Part shown: positions 26,920 through 34,995 of the stretch, piece after piece | Layout: the number at the start of each line of letters is the position of its first letter | Position numbering within the stretch: the stretch's first letter is position 1 | From: Vulcanimicrobiota bacterium | Lineage (GTDB): Bacteria > Vulcanimicrobiota > Xenobia > Xenobiales > JADMJV01 | Direction: 5' to 3' | Length of the DNA stretch: 64,000 nucleotides | Assembly (NCBI GenBank): GCA_050250895.1 | Contig: JBFWNU010000003.1 | Span: 491,302-555,301 of the forward strand | Program-made: the position numbers and the translations under genes | Notes under the pieces: generated by a model | Databases searched by the model: none | What the model was told of the DNA's origin: nothing | Seen by the model: only the letters and a program-made list of their open reading frames with translations

Positions 26920-28046
26920 AGTACTGGCTCTGGCTTTTGCTGACCGCGATGGCGGTGGCCCAGCCCAACTATGATGAGGCTCTGGTGCCTGACTATCGCT
27001 TGCCCGAGCTGACCGGTCACAGCCGCGCGCAGCTGCTCGAGCTGTTCGCCGAGCACGTCTATGGCCACGTTCCGGCCGACCAGCCCCAACTCACCGCCCG
27101 CGAGTCGTCCGAGACCGTCTTCGGAGGCCGGGCCGTGCGCACCCTGGTCGAGCTGGATCTGGCCTATCAGGGGCGCCACCAGAGCCTGCATCTGCTCATC
27201 TATCGCCCCGCCCAGCGCCCCTCCTGCAAGGTCTTCGTGGCCATGAACTTCATGGGCAACCAGACGGTCTACCCCGACTCCGGCATCCCTTTGGCTCAGG
27301 GCTGGGTGGACAACAACGAAAGCCTCGGCATCACCCAGAATCGGGCCACGGACAGCTCGCGCGGAGGGCGCTCGGGTCGCTGGCCGGTCGAGGCCATTCT
27401 GGCGCGTGGCTATGGCTTGTGCACCCTGTATTACGGCGATGTCGACCCCGATTTCGACGACGGCTTCACTAACGGCGTCCACGGGCTGATGGGCAAGTCC
27501 GAGGATTGGGGCTCGATCGCTGCCTGGGCCTGGGGTTTGAGCCGGGTGGCCGACTATCTCGAGCAGCAAGATTGGGTCGACGGACTGGCCGTGATGGGCC
27601 ACTCGCGCCTGGGCAAAGCGGCCCTTTGGGCCGGCGCCAACGACCCGCGCTTTGGGCTGGTCATCTCCAACAATTCCGGCTGCGGCGGAGCGGCCCTTTC
27701 ACGACGCCGCTTCGGCGAGACCGTCAAGGCCATCAACGATCGCTTTCCTCACTGGTTCTGCCGGCGCTTTCGCGAGTATAACGAACGCGAGGACGCGCTG
27801 CCGGTGGACCAGCATCAACTGTTGGCCCTGATGGCTCCGCGGCTGCTTTATGTGGCCAGCGCCGAAAGTGACCTGTGGGCTGACCCTGAGGGCGAGCGGC
27901 TGGCTGTCGAGGCCGCCAGGCCAGCCTTTGCGGGCGGGGGGCAAGTCGGCTATCATCGTCGCCCCGGCAAGCATGACGTGACCCCCTACGACTGGGAGCG
28001 CTATCTCGACTTTGCCGACCGCTGGTGGAGGCCGCGGGCGCCCTGA
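26916..28046 (+). CDS. CE15 glucuronoyl-esterase-like secreted hydrolase
   Basis: Signal peptide, NYDE..VP.Y.LP, AWAWG, GHSRLGKAALW, LPVDQH motifs. Confidence 0.9.
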   Translation: MKYWLWLLLTAMAVAQPNYDEALVPDYRLPELTGHSRAQLLELFAEHVYGHVPADQPQLTARESSETVFGGRAVRTLVELDLAYQGRHQSLHLLIYRPAQRPSCKVFVAMNFMGNQTVYPDSGIPLAQGWVDNNESLGITQNRATDSSRGGRSGRWPVEAILARGYGLCTLYYGDVDPDFDDGFTNGVHGLMGKSEDWGSIAAWAWGLSRVADYLEQQDWVDGLAVMGHSRLGKAALWAGANDPRFGLVISNNSGCGGAALSRRRFGETVKAINDRFPHWFCRRFREYNEREDALPVDQHQLLALMAPRLLYVASAESDLWADPEGERLAVEAARPAFAGGGQVGYHRRPGKHDVTPYDWERYLDFADRWWRPRAP

Positions 28047-28080
28047 GGGCGTAGTTTGCCCGGGTAAGGAGGTGCTTTTG

Positions 28081-28752
28081 ATGAACAAGCACAGTCGGTG
28101 GACTGCCGTGCTGATGCTGGCCTTGTTACTGCTCACCATCCCAGCTGGCGCCGAAGAACTCTTCGTCCGCAATCGACCCTACAAAGGGGAGGTTCGCGGC
28201 GGAGGAACTTCGGCCCAGGTGCGAATCGACGAGCTGGCCGCAGCGCTCGAACTCGAGCTCGAGCATCAGAATGGCGTCTACTCATATCAGGGCACGACCC
28301 TGACCACCGAGACGATCGGCGAATTCGCCTACATCCGGCTTTCCGACCTCAAGCCGCTCGGAGTGAAGGTCGTGCCAAATCCCGACCTGGGAACCATCGA
28401 TGTCTACGTCGCCCAGGCCGACAAGCCCGCCCCAGCAGGCCAGGCCCAACCGGCCGCCGCGGATTGGGGCAGCGGAGCCGTGGTGGTCCATTTTGGGGCT
28501 CCCTGGTGAGGAGCATGCAGGAAGATGAAGCCTGCACTGGCTCAGTTTGAGTCAGACAATCTCGTGAAGGTCGTTGACCTGAACATGGACCAGCGCAACA
28601 CGCCCGATTTCAAGAAATACGGCAAGTATTTCCAGGGGCGCTCGATACCGTTCACGGTTTTCGTCGATGCCGACGGCAAAGCCGTGCACAAGATCACCGG
28701 GATGGCCAGCCACTCTGATCTGGTCAAGGCAGCCCAGAAATACCTGAAGTGA
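28081..28752 (+). CDS. Probable selenoprotein: exported thioredoxin-like protein (W-U-G-A-C)
   Basis: TGA 28507-28509 in frame with downstream ORF: HFGAPW-U-GACRKMKP...SIPFTVFVD; signal peptide; hairpin after TGA. Confidence 0.85.
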
Positions 28753-28790
28753 GACCGCGACGGGAGGCGGTCTCGCCTCCCGTCCACTCG

Positions 28791-29411
28791 ATGCCCACTT
28801 ACTTAGCCTTTCACAAGCCCTACGGCATGATGTGCCGCTTTACCGACCCGCACGGCAGACCCACTCTCAAGGACGCCATTGCCGTGCCCGATGTCTATCC
28901 CTTAGGGCGCCTAGATCTCGACAGTGAAGGTCTGCTGCTGCTTTCTGACGACAATCTATTCCAGACCAGACTGTTGGCCCCGGGCAGCCATCACAAGACC
29001 TATTGGGTTCAGGTCGAGCACCTGGTGCCAGAGTCGGCGCTCGAGCAGTTGCGGACCGGCGTCATCATTCAGGGGCAGAGGACGCTGCCGGCGCAGGCTC
29101 GTCGTCTGGAAGAGCCCGAACTCGAGCCGCGGGCGATTCGCTTTCGAAAGGCGATTCCGACCTGCTGGATCGAGTTGACTCTGAGCGAGGGACGAAATCG
29201 TCAGGTTCGCCGGATGACGGCGGCGGTGGGGCATCCGACCCTTCGGCTGGTGCGGGTGAAGATTGGTCCGGTCGAGCTTGGTCAACTGGCTCCGGGGGAG
29301 TATCGCGAGTTGACCCCGGCGGAGTTGGAGTGGGTGAGACAGGTCCGCCAGGGACCACCCACTGGCCCTCGGGGTAAGGCGATTCGACGCCGTCGCCGCC
29401 CACGGAAGTGA
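28791..29411 (+). CDS. rluE: RsuA-family pseudouridine synthase (RluE-like)
   Basis: HKPYG, GRLDLDSEGLLLL, KTYWVQVE, EGRNRQVRRMTAAVGHPTLRL. Confidence 0.9.
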   Translation: MPTYLAFHKPYGMMCRFTDPHGRPTLKDAIAVPDVYPLGRLDLDSEGLLLLSDDNLFQTRLLAPGSHHKTYWVQVEHLVPESALEQLRTGVIIQGQRTLPAQARRLEEPELEPRAIRFRKAIPTCWIELTLSEGRNRQVRRMTAAVGHPTLRLVRVKIGPVELGQLAPGEYRELTPAELEWVRQVRQGPPTGPRGKAIRRRRRPRK

Positions 29412-31170
29412 GCATCACTCGATAGGAACGCCCGGTCTGTAGATCCTCGAACCGGGTCCGGCGCTCGAACACCCGGCGACCGAGTTGCCAGTTGACCCCC
29501 TCCGGAATGCAGTAGGCGCGGTACAGGCTCGCCCCCTCGACCGCCCCCCAGCGCAGCTCGACAAAGTCTTTACCCACCGTCATTTCGGGCTCGGGAGCCG
29601 GAGGCGGCGCGAGCCGGCGACAGCGCAGGCCCAGACCCCGGCTGGGTACTCCCGGCCCTGGACCGGCCAGCGGTACGATTTCGAAGAGGTAATCCCGTCC
29701 CGGCTCGAGGGGACCCGATTTCCAGCCGGTCTCGACGACTCCGGCCACCCTTTCCTGGTCTTGCCAAATTTCGTACCCGATGGCGCCGGCCGATGCCTTC
29801 CACTGCAGTTCGACCGTTCCGTCCCCGGTCTGACCGCTCACCTCCTGGGGGGCCAGGGGCAGGCCCGACTCGGCCAACTGAAGCGTCCGTTCGACCCAAT
29901 CCGAGGCCCCCAGCGAGCTGACCTGACGGGCCGCGAAACGATAGACCTCACCCGGCTCGAGACCGGTCACACGGGGTCCGGCGGCTTTCCAGGCGAAGGG
30001 AGGCAAAGTCTCTGCTTGAGGGCAGTAGCGCAGATCCAGGCTGCCATCGGCCAACCCCTCGAGGGCAACCGCGCCGGGCCCAACTTCGGCCACCTCGAAG
30101 CTGGGCGCGGGCAAACTGCCGGGGGTTGGGAGGGCCGGTGGGGGCGGCAGCCGATCCAGCCAGGGATGGGTAAGGTAGAGGCTGTGGGGCTGATCCTCGA
30201 GCAACTCTTGCAGGCTGCGCCGATAGATCGGAGCGTCGTTCTGGCCAGGGTCGAGGTAGTCGAGCACCAACAGGGTCATCCGCTGATCCGGCCGGATCGT
30301 CTCGCGCACCAGTCGCAGATTGTCCTGGAGCCACGGGTTGGGCTCGGCTCTGGCCTGATCCCAGTTCCACTGGGTGGCGAGGCTCTCGAACATCACTCCG
30401 TCCAGGCTGTTGCGCACCTGGGCGTCCTTGAGCAGATAGAAGCCGCGATTCGCCACCAGCACATGCTCGGGAAAGCTCCTGCGTAAGCTCAAGATCAGCT
30501 CGGCCAGCCCAGCAGCGGTGCCGGGATAGCTATCTTGAGAACCGGTATCAAGGGTGTCCAGAAAGAACCCGTCATAACCCTTCTCGACCAGCTGGCGGGC
30601 GCGGTCGAGCACCATCTGGCGCCACTTCTCGTCGGCGGCATCGACGTAGAAGCTTCCCCACACACCGTTCTCGTCGGGCAGACCATCGTGACCGGGTTGG
30701 GTCACGGGCTTGCCGTCGCAACCTCGCTCGGGGCCGAGCTTTCCAAACACGTAGGTGACCTCATCGAGAAACCGTTCGGGATAGCGGCCGGCGCCATCGG
30801 GCTCGGGCACGCCGCTCTCTTCACCCAGGGACAGATAGGCCAGCACCACCGTATCGTCGTCGTTGCCCGCGACGCCGTCTGGCCCCAGCCGCAGCCGGCG
30901 CAGACGGTCGCCGGCCAGGTTGTCGAAGCCCTGGCCGGGCTGCACGATGGCCAGGTCGAAGCGGCTGGCCTGGGCCACTTTGTCGTCATCCCAGCTTCCG
31001 TAATAGACGGTGTAGGTGCGGGGTGGCCAACGGCGGGGATGGCGGACGACCTCAGGTGCTTCGCGCGGCAGCAGGCTCCACAATCCGAACAGAACTACAC
31101 AGACGGCGAAGACGCGCTTGGAAAACCAACGGCTCCATTGGCCCGGGTCTTTCCACGGGCTCTGCTCCAT
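29065..31170 (-). CDS. GH114-like endo-alpha-1,4-polygalactosaminidase with FN3 domains and Pro-rich tail
   Basis: VYYG, LAYLSLGE, GYDGFFLDTLD, ANRGF, FES motifs; three FN3-like repeats. Confidence 0.8.
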   Translation of the reverse strand: MEQSPWKDPGQWSRWFSKRVFAVCVVLFGLWSLLPREAPEVVRHPRRWPPRTYTVYYGSWDDDKVAQASRFDLAIVQPGQGFDNLAGDRLRRLRLGPDGVAGNDDDTVVLAYLSLGEESGVPEPDGAGRYPERFLDEVTYVFGKLGPERGCDGKPVTQPGHDGLPDENGVWGSFYVDAADEKWRQMVLDRARQLVEKGYDGFFLDTLDTGSQDSYPGTAAGLAELILSLRRSFPEHVLVANRGFYLLKDAQVRNSLDGVMFESLATQWNWDQARAEPNPWLQDNLRLVRETIRPDQRMTLLVLDYLDPGQNDAPIYRRSLQELLEDQPHSLYLTHPWLDRLPPPPALPTPGSLPAPSFEVAEVGPGAVALEGLADGSLDLRYCPQAETLPPFAWKAAGPRVTGLEPGEVYRFAARQVSSLGASDWVERTLQLAESGLPLAPQEVSGQTGDGTVELQWKASAGAIGYEIWQDQERVAGVVETGWKSGPLEPGRDYLFEIVPLAGPGPGVPSRGLGLRCRRLAPPPAPEPEMTVGKDFVELRWGAVEGASLYRAYCIPEGVNWQLGRRVFERRTRFEDLQTGRSYRVMLTSVGGDGVESPYPEGQWVVPGGPVSPTPTPPGSTRDTPPEPVDQARPDQSSPAPAEGSDAPPPPSSGEPDDFVPRSESTRSSRSESPFESESPAARVRALPDDEPAPAASSAPE

Positions 31171-31176
31171 AACGAG

Positions 31177-31695
31177 CTAGGCGTGCAGGGCGGCTCTCGA
31201 GTCGAATTTGAAATCGCACATCAGGTCTTCAGCGATTTTCTCGAGTTCAGCGCGGAGCGCTTCCAGGTCGCAAGCCGGCGGCAGCCCCACCGTGATCGAG
31301 GCCGAGAACAGCATCTCGCCCGACATGGGGGCACTCTCGACCTCAGAGGAAAAGTCCTCGATATTGATCGAGTGGCGGGCCAGGGCAGCCGTAATCTGGT
31401 GTACGATACCGGGGCGATCCTGGCCCACCAGCTCCAGCGTCAGTTCTTGGGGCGAGCCGACCAGGCCGGGGCGATCGGGATGGAGGGTGACGGTCAGGCC
31501 GTCGATGTTGTTCATGGTCTGCAAGAGCTGGGTCTCGTCGGCGACTTCGACGCGGACGATACCGGCAAAATGCCCGCCCAGGTGGGTCATGCGGCTCTCG
31601 AGCCAGTTTCCTCCGGCCGCCTCGATGGTCTTCGAGAGGGTGTCCATCAAGCCGGGGCGATCCGGCCCCACCACGGTTGCAACGAAAGCTTTCAT
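31177..31695 (-). CDS. gcvR: Glycine cleavage system repressor-like double ACT protein
   Basis: G.DRPG twice, GGNWLESRM, ESAPMSGEMLF. Confidence 0.85.
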   Translation of the reverse strand: MKAFVATVVGPDRPGLMDTLSKTIEAAGGNWLESRMTHLGGHFAGIVRVEVADETQLLQTMNNIDGLTVTLHPDRPGLVGSPQELTLELVGQDRPGIVHQITAALARHSINIEDFSSEVESAPMSGEMLFSASITVGLPPACDLEALRAELEKIAEDLMCDFKFDSRAALHA

Positions 31696-31721
31696 TTTGA
31701 GGGGTTCTCAGTTTTTCGCGG

Positions 31722-32969
31722 CTAGTCCTTCAGAAAGAACGCCTGGCTGGCCGCCGATAAGGCCTGCTGCAGTTGTTTGTTAGAGCGGGCTTGCCAGTTG
31801 GCCCGGGCCTGAGCTTCCAGGGCCCGGCTGGCCGCCGGATGGCCCGGTTGCAGCTCGAGCACGGCTTTGAAGGCCTGACGGGCCAGTCCGCGCTGGTGGT
31901 TCTGGGTGGCGGCCGTGCCCAGCAACAGCTGGGCGTCGGCCCGGCGCGGCGCCAGTTCGGTGGCCCGCTGAGCCAGCTTCATGGCCTGATCAGGCTTGTA
32001 GTGGGCCAGATAGATGCGAGCCGCTTTGACATAGGCTTCGGCCGCCTTTTGCGATTCGCCCATCCGCTCTTCGGAGCGGGCATAGGCGCTCCAGTAGCGG
32101 GCCTGGTCGGGGGCCTTGGCCACAGCCTGTCGATATTGCGAGCGGGCCTGCAACGGTTGTCCTTTGGCCAGCAGCAGGTTGCCCTTCTGATAGTGGGCCA
32201 CCGCTCGGCGAGCCAGGACCGCACCGCGGCTCGAGGCGTTGGGAGCCCGGTCGACCGCGAACACTCCTACCAGGTTGGTCTGGCGTCGTCCCGGTCGGAC
32301 GATGGTGTCACCACCGTAGGACATCGCCGTCGAAGTGCCGCCGTCAAGATTGATGGCCTGACGGGCGCCCAGGGTCTTCATGATGCGGGCCAGTTCCCAC
32401 AGGCTGACATCGCGGGTCACGCTGACCATCAACAACTTGTTGGAGGCGGTCAGCCCGAGGGCCGTTCTGGGTCTGGGCACATACAACGATGGGTCGCTAA
32501 AGCCCTCGGGTTGGGTGACCAGATACTCGCCCGAAACCAGCAACGTGGGACCCCCCGAAACGGCAAACTGGGTGTCGCTCCACTCTTGATATCGACCCAG
32601 TCGCCCGGCCGAGTTGATGATGTCGCCGCGGCCCTGGTTGTCGATGACGAGACTGGTCCCGATGGCTCCCTCGGCCAACAGACGGCCGTCGGCCACCAGA
32701 TTGCCGACCACCACCGAACTGCGGGTGTCAAAGAAGGTGCCGTTGATGGCGGCCAGAGGATGACTCTGGGTCACCATCCGGTCGAAGTCCATCGTCTTAC
32801 CGGCCGGGGCCATGATGGGCCGCACCACGATCGACTTCGAATTGAGGTCGACCTTGACCACATGCACCGGGGTCTCGTAGAGGAAATGCTTCTGGTAGAC
32901 TACCGGATCGGCCCAGCCCTTGCTAAAAAGCAATAAAGCCATCAACCACATCAGGTAACCTCGGGACAT
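31722..32969 (-). CDS. Phosphodiester glycosidase (NAGPA) family protein with TPRs
   Basis: AAINGTFF, GGPTL, PRTALG, AINLDGGTS; C-terminal TPRs. Confidence 0.85.
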   Translation of the reverse strand: MSRGYLMWLMALLLFSKGWADPVVYQKHFLYETPVHVVKVDLNSKSIVVRPIMAPAGKTMDFDRMVTQSHPLAAINGTFFDTRSSVVVGNLVADGRLLAEGAIGTSLVIDNQGRGDIINSAGRLGRYQEWSDTQFAVSGGPTLLVSGEYLVTQPEGFSDPSLYVPRPRTALGLTASNKLLMVSVTRDVSLWELARIMKTLGARQAINLDGGTSTAMSYGGDTIVRPGRRQTNLVGVFAVDRAPNASSRGAVLARRAVAHYQKGNLLLAKGQPLQARSQYRQAVAKAPDQARYWSAYARSEERMGESQKAAEAYVKAARIYLAHYKPDQAMKLAQRATELAPRRADAQLLLGTAATQNHQRGLARQAFKAVLELQPGHPAASRALEAQARANWQARSNKQLQQALSAASQAFFLKD

Positions 32970-32976
32970 ACGCTTA

Positions 32977-33918
32977 TTATAACTCAGCCGATGGCCTTTT
33001 GTCTCGCATCCAGGGCTGCTGAAAATAGCGATCCCAAGAGTCGGCGAGCAGCGCCACTACGGGCCCCCGCACGCGCCCGCTACGCGCCAATCGCACCGCC
33101 GCGACCACCGCCGTGCCCGAAGAACCACCCACCAGCAAGCCGGCTTTTTGCTGCAGCCTCAAGGCAGTGCCGAAGCTCTCTTCGTCAGAGACCGAAAAGG
33201 CCTCGTCGATCACCTCGCGCTCCAGAATATCCGGAGCCCTACTCGAGCCGATGCCTTCCACCTGATAGCTGCCGTCGGGTCCATAGTGACCGGTGCGAAC
33301 CCACTCGGCCAGCGACGATCCTTCCGGGTCGGCCAGGGCTATCCGCGTCGACCCCTGCTCTTTGAGATAACGTCCCACTCCAGTGATGGTTCCCCCCGTG
33401 CCCACTCCGGCCACGAACGCTCCCACCTCACCATTTAGCTGCCGATGGATCTCAGGCCCGGTGGTCCGATAGTGAGCCTCGACATTGGCCGGATTGCGGA
33501 ACTGATCGGCCAGAAACCAGCCTCGCTCTCGGGCCAGGCGGTCGGCGGTCTGGCGAAAGTTGTCGGGGGAATCGAGCGGAGCGTTGGGCACCACCATCAC
33601 TTCGGTCCCCAGCGCCGCCAGGGCCTGGCGCTTGTCCACCGACATCTTGGCCGGCAGCACGCAGACCAGCGAATAGCCTCTCGAGGCGGCTACCAGGGCC
33701 AGTCCCATCCCGGTGTTGCCGGCGGTGGCCTCGACGATGGTCGCACCCGGACCCAACCGCCCCTCGGCCTCGGCCGCCTCGACGATGGCCAGGGCCAGGC
33801 GGTCCTTCACACTGCCTCCGGGGTTGAGATATTCACACTTTCCGTAGAGGGGAACGGGGGTGTCGAAGCCTTGGAGTTCGACCAGGGGCGTATTGCCGAT
33901 GGCATCCAGAATGGTCAC
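32977..33918 (-). CDS. PLP-dependent cysteine synthase / cystathionine beta-synthase family
   Basis: IGNTPL, NPGGSVKDR, EATAGNTG, GTGGT, VEGIG. Confidence 0.92.
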   Translation of the reverse strand: MTILDAIGNTPLVELQGFDTPVPLYGKCEYLNPGGSVKDRLALAIVEAAEAEGRLGPGATIVEATAGNTGMGLALVAASRGYSLVCVLPAKMSVDKRQALAALGTEVMVVPNAPLDSPDNFRQTADRLARERGWFLADQFRNPANVEAHYRTTGPEIHRQLNGEVGAFVAGVGTGGTITGVGRYLKEQGSTRIALADPEGSSLAEWVRTGHYGPDGSYQVEGIGSSRAPDILEREVIDEAFSVSDEESFGTALRLQQKAGLLVGGSSGTAVVAAVRLARSGRVRGPVVALLADSWDRYFQQPWMRDKRPSAEL

Positions 33919-33942
33919 TTGGGCCTGCTATGACGGGGAGGT

Positions 33943-34464
33943 TTGCCTCTCCTGCCGAAGAGCCCCTCGGTGCTCGAGCGACATCAGGAAAAACGCCAGG
34001 ACTGGGAGGGCCCCGGCCCCGGCCCCAGGCGAAAGAAGAGGCGCCTGCGCAAAGTGCGCGATTGGGTGACACGCATGTTTTTCACCTGGCCTTACTTCCT
34101 CTTTTCTTACACCCTGCTGGCCGCTCTGTGCGCGACCATCTACTGGGGCCTCATCCACCGCCGTTCCCTCGAGCAGAAATTTGAACGCCAGTCCGCCTAT
34201 TACAAGTCGGAAGTGCGCCTGGCCACGGTGACCAAAATGGTGAGGCGCCAATGCGAAGCCACCGGACGCCCGCCCTCGGATCTACAAGAGTTCTTGAAGG
34301 ACGAGTTTCCGGTGGTGGACGGCATTCAACCTCACCAGGACTTCTGGGGAGGCGATTTCTTCATCGTGGTCGCGCCCCACATGGTGATGATCTACAGCCC
34401 CGGCCCCGACGGCGAACGCTACACGGTCGACGACCTCATGATGCAGTTCGACCGCAAGGGCTAG
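33943..34464 (+). CDS. Membrane protein with GspG-like C-terminal motif
   Basis: Basic N-terminus, one TM, DFWG...YSPGPDG...DD. Confidence 0.6.
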   Translation: MPLLPKSPSVLERHQEKRQDWEGPGPGPRRKKRRLRKVRDWVTRMFFTWPYFLFSYTLLAALCATIYWGLIHRRSLEQKFERQSAYYKSEVRLATVTKMVRRQCEATGRPPSDLQEFLKDEFPVVDGIQPHQDFWGGDFFIVVAPHMVMIYSPGPDGERYTVDDLMMQFDRKG

Positions 34465-34485
34465 CGCGTCGGCCTGGCTGGCGCT

Positions 34486-34905
34486 CTAGATGTCGAGGAG
34501 TTCGACTTCGAAGACCAGGGTGGCGTTGGGGGGGATGACGCCGCCGGCTCCGCGGGCTCCGTAGCCGAGCTCGGGCGGAATAGTGAGCTTGCGCTTTTCG
34601 CCGACCTTCATTCCGGCCACCCCTTCATCCCAACCTTTGATGACCTGGCCGGCCCCTAGATTGAACTGGAAAGGCTGGCCGCGGTCGACGCTGGAGTCGA
34701 ATTTCTTGCCGTCGGTGAGCCAACCGGTGTAGTGGACTTTCACCTTGTCTCCCGCTTTGGCGACAGCACCGTCGCCCTCTTTAATCACTTCGTATTTGAG
34801 ACCTGAATCAGTAGTCACGACTTTCGTCTCTCCTTCCTTGGCAAACGCCGCTCCCGCCACCAGAGTAAGGGTGAGAAGGAGGGTTAGAAATCTAGTGATC
34901 TGCAT
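34486..34905 (-). CDS. FKBP-type peptidyl-prolyl isomerase, exported
   Basis: VHYTGWL.DGKKFDSS, VIKGWDEG, IPPNATLVFEVEL. Confidence 0.97.
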   Translation of the reverse strand: MQITRFLTLLLTLTLVAGAAFAKEGETKVVTTDSGLKYEVIKEGDGAVAKAGDKVKVHYTGWLTDGKKFDSSVDRGQPFQFNLGAGQVIKGWDEGVAGMKVGEKRKLTIPPELGYGARGAGGVIPPNATLVFEVELLDI

Positions 34906-34995
34906 GGAAATGTCCTTTCGTTTGCTCCCCCCCCGTTCGGGACCCGCAGCAGCGGACCTCCAGGGTTTGTCCGACCGGTCAAGAATTCATCGGGT

